From a bacterium (GTDB taxonomy: Bacteria > Fidelibacterota > Marinisomatia > Marinisomatales > UBA1611): a DNA stretch of 19,108 nt. This document shows, in pieces, positions 11,411 through 19,108 of this stretch; within the stretch, counting starts at the first letter, position 1, and the number at the start of each line of letters is the position of its first letter. The notes under the pieces are model-generated. The model made no database searches and was not told the DNA's origin. It saw only the letters and a list, made by a program, of their open reading frames with translations. The stretch spans positions 13,653 through 32,760 of the forward strand of contig JAYPIC010000018.1 of the NCBI GenBank assembly GCA_038127595.1. The letters run 5' to 3'. A program made the translations under genes and the position numbers.

Positions 11411-12091
11411 TTGGCTCTTGATCAAAATGTGAGGTTGGTTTTTGATAAAATCAATAATGCAAAAAAAAGATCGCCACACAATCAAAATGTAGAGTTAATC
11501 GCAGCAACCAAAACAAGGGATGTTGTTCAAATTCAAACTTGTTACGAGTTAGGAATTTTAAGTATTGGTGAAAACAGGATTCAAGAAGCAGAAAAAAAAC
11601 TTAAGGAGCTACCAAGTTTTAATTCTATAAAGAAAAGGTTTATTGGTCATTTACAAACCAATAAAGTAAACAAATGTTTGCGTCTGTTTGACACCATTGA
11701 TAGCGTCGACACCTTAAAATTAGCAGAAAAAATAAATTCATCCTCTCAGCCCCAAAACACAGAGTGCCTTATTGAAATAAACACAAGCGGCGAATTACAA
11801 AAAAAGGGGTTTAAACCAAAACTTTCAAAAGAATTAATGTCTTGCTTTTCTTTGGAAAACTTAAATATTGTTGGGTTAATGACGATAGGCCCACACACTA
11901 CTAGCGAAAAAGAAATACGAGATTCTTTCCAAACGCTTAGAGTTTTTAAAGATCAAATAAATCAAGAATTTGGTGAAAACAAATTAACCGAGTTATCCAT
12001 GGGAATGAGTAACGACTTTGAACTTGGTATTGAAGAGGGTTCAACAATGGTAAGAGTTGGAACTGGCATTTTTGGGCCTAGAAATTATTAA
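11411..12091 (+). CDS. yggS: Pyridoxal phosphate homeostasis protein (YggS/PLPBP family)
   Basis: TTG start 2 nt after the gyrA stop. PLP lysine in LIAATKT, then GENRIQEA, FIGHLQTNK, GLMTIG, LSMGMSNDF and GSTMVRVGTGIFG. Confidence 0.96.
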   Translation: MALDQNVRLVFDKINNAKKRSPHNQNVELIAATKTRDVVQIQTCYELGILSIGENRIQEAEKKLKELPSFNSIKKRFIGHLQTNKVNKCLRLFDTIDSVDTLKLAEKINSSSQPQNTECLIEINTSGELQKKGFKPKLSKELMSCFSLENLNIVGLMTIGPHTTSEKEIRDSFQTLRVFKDQINQEFGENKLTELSMGMSNDFELGIEEGSTMVRVGTGIFGPRNY

Positions 12092-12095
12092 ATAG

Positions 12096-12596
12096 TTGAA
12101 CATCCATTATTATAACAACCAGTTAAGTAAGTTCAACATAGATCAAAAATTGGATTTAAAATTTTTTAATCACAATATTGGTATAAAGAATAACAATGTG
12201 TTTATTGTTCCAAATCAATTTAATGAAACATCAATATCTCCAACTGAGTTTTTAGGACTAAAAAACAAATACCAAATAAAAACGGTGAACATGTATGACC
12301 GCACACTTGGAATTAAAGAAAAATCTATAATTATAGATCATGTTAATAGGTCAGGGGTGTTTTACTTAAAGGGAAACACACCACATAAACAGCGACCAAT
12401 GTTTCCAGACATGTCTTATGTTTATGAAAAAGAATCCCCACTAAAGAGCATTATAGTGCAAACATTGGGTTATAGTAGGTTTAAAAAAGTTAAACTTGAA
12501 GAACGGGTATTTTTTTCTGAAGCAGCAGCAATTATAGCTACTATTTGGCATTATGTTGGTGTTAGTGTTCGCGGTATTGCAATTCCGACTAAATAA
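12096..12596 (+). CDS. Hypothetical protein, degenerate purine nucleoside phosphorylase (PNP/MTAP family)-like
   Basis: IIIDHVNRSG..LKG...MFPDMSYVY resembles the PNP DHIN..G.NPL.G..RFPDMS..Y segment. The C-terminal HYVGVSVRGIA resembles PNP RH.G..VLGIS. Only 166 aa, and the TTG start is uncertain. Confidence 0.65.
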   Translation: MNIHYYNNQLSKFNIDQKLDLKFFNHNIGIKNNNVFIVPNQFNETSISPTEFLGLKNKYQIKTVNMYDRTLGIKEKSIIIDHVNRSGVFYLKGNTPHKQRPMFPDMSYVYEKESPLKSIIVQTLGYSRFKKVKLEERVFFSEAAAIIATIWHYVGVSVRGIAIPTK

Positions 12597-12604
12597 GTAC
12601 AGTC

Positions 12605-12835
12605 TTAAAACCGATTAGACCTAATAAACCAAAACGGTTCATAAATTGGTCTTGTTATTGAAGACCCAACTATTGCGCCATAAATCCAAGTTGCAACCCA
12701 AACAGCAAAAACAAAAGGAACGATAACATTAATTATAAGTTCTAAAACTGCAAAAACCAGAACAACAGAAAAAGGTAATATCACAATAATTGACAATAAC
12801 GGATACTCTAACATTAGACTTCTTAATTTATTCAT
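12605..12835 (-). CDS. Small hypothetical membrane protein (about 76 aa, about 2 TM helices)
   Basis: The ORF fills the gap between neighbours and has long hydrophobic stretches and a C-terminal PIYEPFWFIR. The ATG at 12835 is preferred over the TTG at 12850. Confidence 0.7.
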   Translation of the reverse strand: MNKLRSLMLEYPLLSIIVILPFSVVLVFAVLELIINVIVPFVFAVWVATWIYGAIVGSSITRPIYEPFWFIRSNRF

Positions 12836-12890
12836 ACTATAATATATCAATTTTCATTCCGAGGATGATATATTGACAAAATGACAAATA

Positions 12891-13787
12891 TTATATTTTT
12901 TGCGCAATTTTAGCACCAAGAGAAATATTGTTTAATGCTAACCTCATGTTTGTCTCTAAGCTTTTATTTTCAGTTTTTTGTGCTATTGTTTTTAATAGGT
13001 GTGGAGTTGTATCCTTACCAGTGATTCCCATGCTTTCCATTTCAACAATAGAACTAGAGATTATGCTATCCATTTCTTGATAAGGTATTTCGTGTTTCTT
13101 TGGAACTGGATTAAGAACCAAAATAGAGGAGCTTAACTTGGCCTCTTTGTTCAGTTTAAACAGTCCAGCAACCTTTTTAGCGCTTTTATAACTGTGTTGA
13201 AGTTTTATATCAGAATTTGAAGTGTAAAAAAGAGGAAAACAATCTGTTTTATATCCAATAGTTGTGACGCCAAAAGTTTCTAATGCCTCAGCTGTTTTAT
13301 CCACATCTAAGAAAGATTTTACGCCAGAGCAAACAACAACAATTGGTGTTTCGCTTAGAGAAATGATATCCTGTGACATATCTAGAGATTTATCATATCC
13401 CCTATGAACACCTCCTATACCGCCAGTTGAAAAAACTTTTATACCAGCATTAAAAGCAATATGAGAGGTGCTGCTAACAGTCGTTGCACCAGAGTACTTT
13501 TTCTCTAAACAAACACCAATTTCTCTTTTTGATATTTTTTTAACAGACTTATCTGTCGCAATAAGCATCAACTCTTTTTCATCCAAGCCAATATGAATTT
13601 CTCCTTTGATAATAGCTATTGTTGCGGGAACAACGCCTAGATCTAAACATGTTTTTTCTGCTTTGTTTTGGAATTGAATGTTTTGAGGAAATGGCATGCC
13701 ACTAGATATAATAGTAGACTCTAAAGCTAAAATCGGCTTGTTGTTATTAATCGCGTCTTTTACTTGCTTAGATAAAGTAAATTTCAT
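12891..13787 (-). CDS. psuG: Pseudouridine-5'-phosphate glycosidase (IndA/PsuG family)
   Basis: PILALESTIISSGMPFPQN, GVVPATIAI, GATTVS, TGGIGGVHRG, DMSQD, VVCSGVKSFLD (Schiff-base Lys) and GKDTTPHLL. The start is placed at ATG 13787 (MKFTLS..., 298 aa) rather than TTG 13817. Confidence 0.95.
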   Translation of the reverse strand: MKFTLSKQVKDAINNNKPILALESTIISSGMPFPQNIQFQNKAEKTCLDLGVVPATIAIIKGEIHIGLDEKELMLIATDKSVKKISKREIGVCLEKKYSGATTVSSTSHIAFNAGIKVFSTGGIGGVHRGYDKSLDMSQDIISLSETPIVVVCSGVKSFLDVDKTAEALETFGVTTIGYKTDCFPLFYTSNSDIKLQHSYKSAKKVAGLFKLNKEAKLSSSILVLNPVPKKHEIPYQEMDSIISSSIVEMESMGITGKDTTPHLLKTIAQKTENKSLETNMRLALNNISLGAKIAQKI

Positions 13788-13833
13788 ATTCAAAAATACG
13801 TATATTGAATGAACCAAAAAGAAAAAACGCTAT

Positions 13834-14118
13834 ATGAGTAAAGAAATAATTTTAAAAAAAATAAACTCTAAAAGCGTTGGGGCTCCAACGCGCTCAGTAA
13901 TTGGGCAAGACAACAACAACCATCTTTATATAATTAAAAACATTAAGTCGCGAATTATTATGAAAGATGGCCATAAAATAGTAGAGGCAGTAAAACAAGT
14001 TAAAAATAAAACCAACAGCAGTGTTTCACTAGCGACAACAGCTCCTGTTTGCAGTAAAACAACAAGGTTTTTAAATGAAAACGATATAAAAATAATTTTT
14101 GATTACGTTATAAAGTAA
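13834..14118 (+). CDS. Hypothetical protein (94 aa, basic, alpha/beta)
   Basis: ATG-started ORF divergent from psuG, ending 3 nt before the MATE gene. It has the motif-like segments KSRIIMKDG and TAPVCSKT..FL....I.I. Confidence 0.75.
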   Translation: MSKEIILKKINSKSVGAPTRSVIGQDNNNHLYIIKNIKSRIIMKDGHKIVEAVKQVKNKTNSSVSLATTAPVCSKTTRFLNENDIKIIFDYVIK

Positions 14119-14121
14119 ATA

Positions 14122-15546
14122 GTGATCAACAAATTTATATACCCACAAGACCGGAAAATATTCAATGCTGTCTGGTTACTAGCCTTCCCTGTAATTATTA
14201 GCAATCTTAGCCGCGTCATTATGAGTCTTGTTGATGTTGCAATGGTTGGCCATTTAGGCCCAGAAGCATTAGCTGCAACAGGCATGGGTGGTATGTTGGC
14301 ATGGGGGGCACTTAGTATTGTGCTTGGTATAAGAACTTCGGTTCAGACAATTACATCAAGACGACTGGGTCAAAAAAAGACAAAGGAATGTATTAATGCT
14401 CTAATTAATGGTTTTATTTTGGCATCTGTTTATGCTCTACCAATTTCAATATTGGGTTATTCATATGGTTATTTAATTATACCGCTTTTTATAGATGATA
14501 CTTTAACAACACCAATTGCAACAAGTTATTTTAGTATATCTTCAATAGGAATTTTTTTTAATGCGTTGAGTTTTGTTTTTCAGGGTTTTTACACCGGCAT
14601 TGAAAAAACAAAAATCCATTTAAACGTAACAATTGTTAGCAATGTGATCAACGCATATCTAAATGCTGGACTCATTTATGGAAAGCAAGGCTTAGTAAAC
14701 GTTCTTGGTTTAGAAAAAATCTCTTTCTTTGATTTTTCTAACTTTTGGTTTTGGGCAGACTTTGATGGTATGGGTGTTAGTGGCGCAGCAATTGGAACAC
14801 TTATATCTTCAATTTGGATGATGCTTCATTATTTTTATTATTTAAACAAACAAGACGTTGTTAAACAAAACAAAGGTTTTTTAAGCACTGGTATCAACGT
14901 TATAATGTTGAAAAAACAAGTTTCGTTATCTTTTCCGATGGGAATTCAAGAAATGATGATAGCAATTGGGTATTCAATTTTTTATAAAATCATGTCAATT
15001 ATTGGGATAGTTGAGTTAGCCACAACTCAGCTTCTTTTTACGATTATGCATGCATCGTTTATGCCAGCAATGGGCGTTGGACAAGCGTGCGCAACGCTTG
15101 TTGGTAAACATATGGGTTCTAAAGAAATAGAAAAATCTGAACAAAGTATTAAAGAGTCATTGCGTATTGCTGAGTATATAATGGGAACAATGGGCTTGTT
15201 TTTTATTTTTTTCTCAAAACCCATTCTTATGATTTTCACCACAGATCCAGATATTATCAAATTAGGTGTTTGGGGCCTTCGCTTAATAGGGTTTCTTCAA
15301 TTTATTGATGCTGTTTGTTTTACACTTTTTTTGGCGTTAACTGGTGCAGGCAACACTCTTTTCCCTGCATTAGTGGAGTCTTCTTTGATCTGGGGGTTTA
15401 TGTTGCCAGCAAGCTACTACGCGGGGGTAGTTTTAAGCATAGGTTTTAAAGCTCCATTTGTTGCTTTTGCTGTATATTTATTTCTAATGGCGTTTATCCT
15501 TTCAATAAAAGTTGCTAAAGGAGATTGGAAAGAAATAGAAGTCTAA
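14122..15546 (+). CDS. MATE family efflux transporter (DinF/NorM-like)
   Basis: GTG start. LAFPVII..LVDVAMVGHLGPEALAA, QGFYTGIEKTK, MGVSGAAIGT, MPAMGVGQACATLVGKHMG and ALTGAGNT, with about 12 TM segments in two repeats. Confidence 0.93.
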   Translation: MINKFIYPQDRKIFNAVWLLAFPVIISNLSRVIMSLVDVAMVGHLGPEALAATGMGGMLAWGALSIVLGIRTSVQTITSRRLGQKKTKECINALINGFILASVYALPISILGYSYGYLIIPLFIDDTLTTPIATSYFSISSIGIFFNALSFVFQGFYTGIEKTKIHLNVTIVSNVINAYLNAGLIYGKQGLVNVLGLEKISFFDFSNFWFWADFDGMGVSGAAIGTLISSIWMMLHYFYYLNKQDVVKQNKGFLSTGINVIMLKKQVSLSFPMGIQEMMIAIGYSIFYKIMSIIGIVELATTQLLFTIMHASFMPAMGVGQACATLVGKHMGSKEIEKSEQSIKESLRIAEYIMGTMGLFFIFFSKPILMIFTTDPDIIKLGVWGLRLIGFLQFIDAVCFTLFLALTGAGNTLFPALVESSLIWGFMLPASYYAGVVLSIGFKAPFVAFAVYLFLMAFILSIKVAKGDWKEIEV

Positions 15547-15589
15547 TAGATATTTGTATTAAATTTAGGATCTATAAAACAATATTATT

Positions 15590-18241
15590 TTGTCACAAAA
15601 CTATAAAGATACAGACCCACAAGAAACGCAAGAGTGGCTTGAATCAATTGATGATGCTCTTGAAGAACACGGGTACGACAGAACAAGGTTCTTATTAGAA
15701 GAGCTTATAGACTATGCACAAACTAAAGGTGCTAGACTACCGTTTAATACTAACACACCATTTATAAACACAATTCAACCCAAGGATGAACCAGAGTATC
15801 CAGGTGACCAAGATATTGAGAGAAGAATTAAGTCAATAATTCGCTGGAATGCTATGGCTATGGTCGTTCGTGCAAACACAAACACTCCAGGCATTGGTGG
15901 TCATATATCCACATATGCTTCTTCGGCAAATTTATATGAAGTAGCTTTTAATCACTTTTTTAAAGGCCCTGATCACCCAAGCGGGGGTGACCTTGTTTTT
16001 TTTCAGGGTCATGGCTCCCCAGGTCAGTATTCCAGGGCATATCTTGAGGGTCGCTTAACCGAAGAAAACTTAGAAAGTTTTCGTAGAGAGCTAACCCCAG
16101 GGGGCCTATCTTCATACCCACACCCCTACTTAATGCCAGATTTTTGGCAGTTTGCCACTGTGTCAATGGGCCTTGGTCCAATTATGGCTATCTATCAAGC
16201 AAGGTTTTTAAGTTACATTACCGATAGAGGAATATATAAGAAATCTGATAGAAAGGTTTGGGCATTTCTTGGGGATGGTGAGATGGATGAGCCTGAATCA
16301 AAAGGTGCATTAACCCTTGCTTCGAAAGAGGAGTTAGATAACCTTATTTTTGTTGTTAACTGCAATCTGCAAAGACTTGATGGACCTGTTCGCGGTAATA
16401 CAAAAGTTATTCAAGAGTTAGAGGGTGCATTTAGAGGGGCTGGTTGGAATGTAATTAAGGTGGTTTGGGGTTCTGATTGGGATGAGTTAATTGAGAAGGA
16501 CAGCTCTGGTAAGCTTCTGCAGAGAATGGACGAAGTAATTGATGGTGATCTTTTAAAATATGTTGTAGAAGGTGGTGCATATTTTAGAGAACATTTTTTT
16601 GGGAAGTACCCAGAAACACTAGAGCTTGTTTCTCACATTAGTGATGATGAACTTATTAAAATGAAGCTTGGTGGTCATGATCCAGTTAAAATGTATGCTG
16701 CATATAAAGAAGCTACTGAACATAAAGGACGACCAACTGTCATACTCGCGAGAACTATTAAGGGATATGGAATGGGTTCTGCTGGCGAAGGAAGAAATAT
16801 TACGCACAACCAGAAAAAACTCAACGAAGATGAGCTTTTATATTTTAGAGATCGGTTTAGTGTTAAACTTTCAGATAAAGAAGCCGTTAAGGCTCCATTT
16901 TTTAAACCAAAAGCAAACAGCAAAGAAATAAAATATCTTAAACAAAGAAGAGAAGAGCTTGGTGGTTACCTTCCAAGTAGGGTAGTCAAAAACAAGAAAA
17001 TGAATCCTCCCGATATAAAGATATTTCAAGAACTTTTAGATGGCACTGGTGATAGATCAATATCCACCACGATGGCTTTTGTTAGATTGTTAACAATTAT
17101 ATGTAGAGATAAAGAAGTTGGAAAATATGTTGTACCAATAATTCCAGATGAAGCTCGCACTTTTGGTATGGACCCTCTTTTTAGGCAGTTAGGTATTTAT
17201 GCTCATAAAGGTCAGCTTTATGACCCTGTTGATTCAGATCAGTTTTTATATTATAAGGAAGCTATTAATGGTCAAATTTTTGAAGAGGGAATAAACGAGG
17301 CTGGGGCAATATCTTCCTTCATCGCTGCGGGAATGTCATATCAAACCACCGGTGAAAATATGATTCCATTTTATATTTATTATTCTATGTTTGGTTTTCA
17401 ACGGGTTTGGGATTTTATTTGGGCTGCTGGTGACATGCGCGCCAGGGGTTTTTTGCTTGGCGGTACGGCAGGAAGAACAACGCTTAATGGTGAAGGATTA
17501 CAACATCAAGATGGCCATAGCCACTTAGCTGCGGCTGTTACCCCAAATGTTAAAGCCTATGATCTAGCTTATGCGTATGAAATTGCTGTTGTTGTGCGAC
17601 ATGGAATAAAGGAAATGTTTTTTGACCAAAAGGATGTTATTTATTATTTAACACTGGAAAATGAAAATTATGTACACCCACCAATGCCAAATGGAGTCGA
17701 AGAAGATATAATTAAAGGAATGTATAAACTGCATTCAACAAAAAAACCTAAAGTTAGACTTCTTGGAAGCGGCCCTTTATTAAATGAGGTCATTGAAGCT
17801 GCAAAAATTTTAAAAGAAGAGTGGGATATTGATCCAGGAATTTGGAATGTTACATCATTTACAGAGTTAAGAAGAGAAGCCGAAGAAGTAGAAAGGTGGA
17901 ATATTATTAATCCAACCAAGAAGGCTAAAAGATCTCATATTGAAAAATCATTAAACAACAATTCTGTTCCTACTATTGCAGTTTCTGATTATGTTAAAAT
18001 GTCTTCCGAGCAAATTTCACCCTATGTGTCTGGTTCTTTTTACTCTTTAGGAACAGACGGTTTTGGTCGTAGTGATACTAGAGAAAATTTAAGGCACTTT
18101 TTTGAAGTAGATCGATATTACATTGTGTTAACTGCTATTAGGGCTTTGGCAGATCAAGGAGATTTAGAAATGAAAGTGGTTAATGATGTAATAAAGAAAT
18201 ATAACATTGACCCAAATAAACCTAACCCAATAAAAGTATAA
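15590..18241 (+). CDS. aceE: Pyruvate dehydrogenase E1 component, homodimeric type
   Basis: TTG start. DTDPQETQEWLES, GGHISTYAS, LSSYPHP, TVSMGLGP, ThDP motif GDGEMDEPES..NCNLQRLDGP, EGLQHQDGHS and GTDGFGRSDTR. Confidence 0.98.
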   Translation: MSQNYKDTDPQETQEWLESIDDALEEHGYDRTRFLLEELIDYAQTKGARLPFNTNTPFINTIQPKDEPEYPGDQDIERRIKSIIRWNAMAMVVRANTNTPGIGGHISTYASSANLYEVAFNHFFKGPDHPSGGDLVFFQGHGSPGQYSRAYLEGRLTEENLESFRRELTPGGLSSYPHPYLMPDFWQFATVSMGLGPIMAIYQARFLSYITDRGIYKKSDRKVWAFLGDGEMDEPESKGALTLASKEELDNLIFVVNCNLQRLDGPVRGNTKVIQELEGAFRGAGWNVIKVVWGSDWDELIEKDSSGKLLQRMDEVIDGDLLKYVVEGGAYFREHFFGKYPETLELVSHISDDELIKMKLGGHDPVKMYAAYKEATEHKGRPTVILARTIKGYGMGSAGEGRNITHNQKKLNEDELLYFRDRFSVKLSDKEAVKAPFFKPKANSKEIKYLKQRREELGGYLPSRVVKNKKMNPPDIKIFQELLDGTGDRSISTTMAFVRLLTIICRDKEVGKYVVPIIPDEARTFGMDPLFRQLGIYAHKGQLYDPVDSDQFLYYKEAINGQIFEEGINEAGAISSFIAAGMSYQTTGENMIPFYIYYSMFGFQRVWDFIWAAGDMRARGFLLGGTAGRTTLNGEGLQHQDGHSHLAAAVTPNVKAYDLAYAYEIAVVVRHGIKEMFFDQKDVIYYLTLENENYVHPPMPNGVEEDIIKGMYKLHSTKKPKVRLLGSGPLLNEVIEAAKILKEEWDIDPGIWNVTSFTELRREAEEVERWNIINPTKKAKRSHIEKSLNNNSVPTIAVSDYVKMSSEQISPYVSGSFYSLGTDGFGRSDTRENLRHFFEVDRYYIVLTAIRALADQGDLEMKVVNDVIKKYNIDPNKPNPIKV

Positions 18242-18242
18242 A

Positions 18243-19108
18243 ATGTTAAAAGAAATATTACTACCTGATTTAGGCGAAGGAATTGATTCTGCAGATGTAA
18301 GTGAAATTCTAATTAACCCTGGCGATTCTGTATCTATTGATGATATTATTTTGGTTTTAGAGTCAGATAAAGCCAGTATGGAAATACCTGCAGAAGATGC
18401 GGGGGTAGTTAAAGAAGTATTTGTTAATGCAGGAGATGAGGTTAAAACAGGGGCCCCGTTGATTTCTATTGAAGTTTCATCTGGCTCTACTGAAGAAAGT
18501 AAACCAGAACCAAAAGAGGAAGAACTAAAAAAAGAAGATATAGAAACAAAGATAGAAACAAAAGCACCAGAAATTAAATCTGAAAACATATCTTCTGATA
18601 AAACTTTTGCAAGTCCTGGAGTGCGAAGACTCGCCAGAGAATTAGATATTGATTTAACAACTGTAAATGCTACTGGTCCTAAGGGAAGAATTACAAAAGA
18701 CGATCTACATGGTTTTATTAAGCAAAAAATGGCTCAAGGTGGTTCAGTTGGAGCAGTTTCTTTACCAAAAATTGATTTTTCTCAGTGGGGAAGTATTGAT
18801 GAACAACCGTTAACCAAGATTCAAAAAATTACTGGAGACAGGCTACAACAGGCGTGGCAAACTATACCTCACGTCACTCAATTTGATGAAGCAGATATTT
18901 CAGTTTTAAATAAGAAAAGAATAGAGCTTAAAAAAGAAGGTGAAAAGAAGAATATTAAAGTCACTTTTTTACCTTTTATAATTAAGGCGGTTATAAAGTC
19001 ACTTAAAGAGTTTCCAAGGTTTAATAGTTCATTAGACCACTTGGGTGAAAACCTGGTTTTAAAGAACTATTATAATATTGGGATTGCTGTTGATACACCT
19101 ACGGGCCT
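18243..19108 (+). CDS. aceF: Dihydrolipoamide acetyltransferase, pyruvate dehydrogenase E2 (3'-truncated; not in the ORF track)
   Basis: Translated by hand from ATG 18243: MLKEILLPDLGEG..LESDKASMEIP (lipoyl Lys codon 18369-18371), E3-binding ASPGVRRLARELDIDL..GPKGRITKDD, then catalytic-domain IPHVTQFDEAD, FPRFNSS and NIGIAVDTPTG running off the edge. Confidence 0.96.
   Translation, partial: MLKEILLPDLGEGIDSADVSEILINPGDSVSIDDIILVLESDKASMEIPAEDAGVVKEVFVNAGDEVKTGAPLISIEVSSGSTEESKPEPKEEELKKEDIETKIETKAPEIKSENISSDKTFASPGVRRLARELDIDLTTVNATGPKGRITKDDLHGFIKQKMAQGGSVGAVSLPKIDFSQWGSIDEQPLTKIQKITGDRLQQAWQTIPHVTQFDEADISVLNKKRIELKKEGEKKNIKVTFLPFIIKAVIKSLKEFPRFNSSLDHLGENLVLKNYYNIGIAVDTPTG
18540..18563 (+). 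repeat. 12-bp tandem duplication (IETK-IETK) in the E2 linker
   Basis: ATAGAAACAAAG ATAGAAACAAAA. Confidence 0.7.

Noticed and set aside
13297..13305. Perfect DnaA box TTATCCACA inside psuG (also TTATTCACA 5466-5474 in dnaN and CGTGGATAA 7052-7060 in gyrB)
   Set aside because: Isolated, explained by the encoded residues (DVDK, LFT, VVDN) and expected by chance in AT-rich DNA.

Overview
AT-rich, very compact bacterial chromosomal region using the standard genetic code (TGA acts as a stop). It most likely contains the replication origin. Order: 5'-truncated mfd, a parvulin-like lipoprotein, surA, a 336-bp AT-rich DnaA-box cluster (candidate oriC, with no dnaA gene beside it), then dnaN-recF-dciA(DUF721)-gyrB-gyrA-yggS. 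Next come a truncated, apparently catalytically dead purine-nucleoside-phosphorylase-like ORF, a small minus-strand membrane protein, psuG (minus strand, no adjacent kinase), a 94-aa hypothetical protein, a MATE transporter, homodimeric aceE and a 3'-truncated aceF that the ORF track missed. Gene order and style suggest a streamlined FCB-superphylum bacterium such as Ca. Marinimicrobia; this is an unverified inference. I see no mobile element, CRISPR array, rRNA or tRNA. The region is mostly housekeeping. The most notable items are the dnaA-less origin architecture, the PNP-like pseudoenzyme and the small psuG-centred islet with operator-like palindromes.
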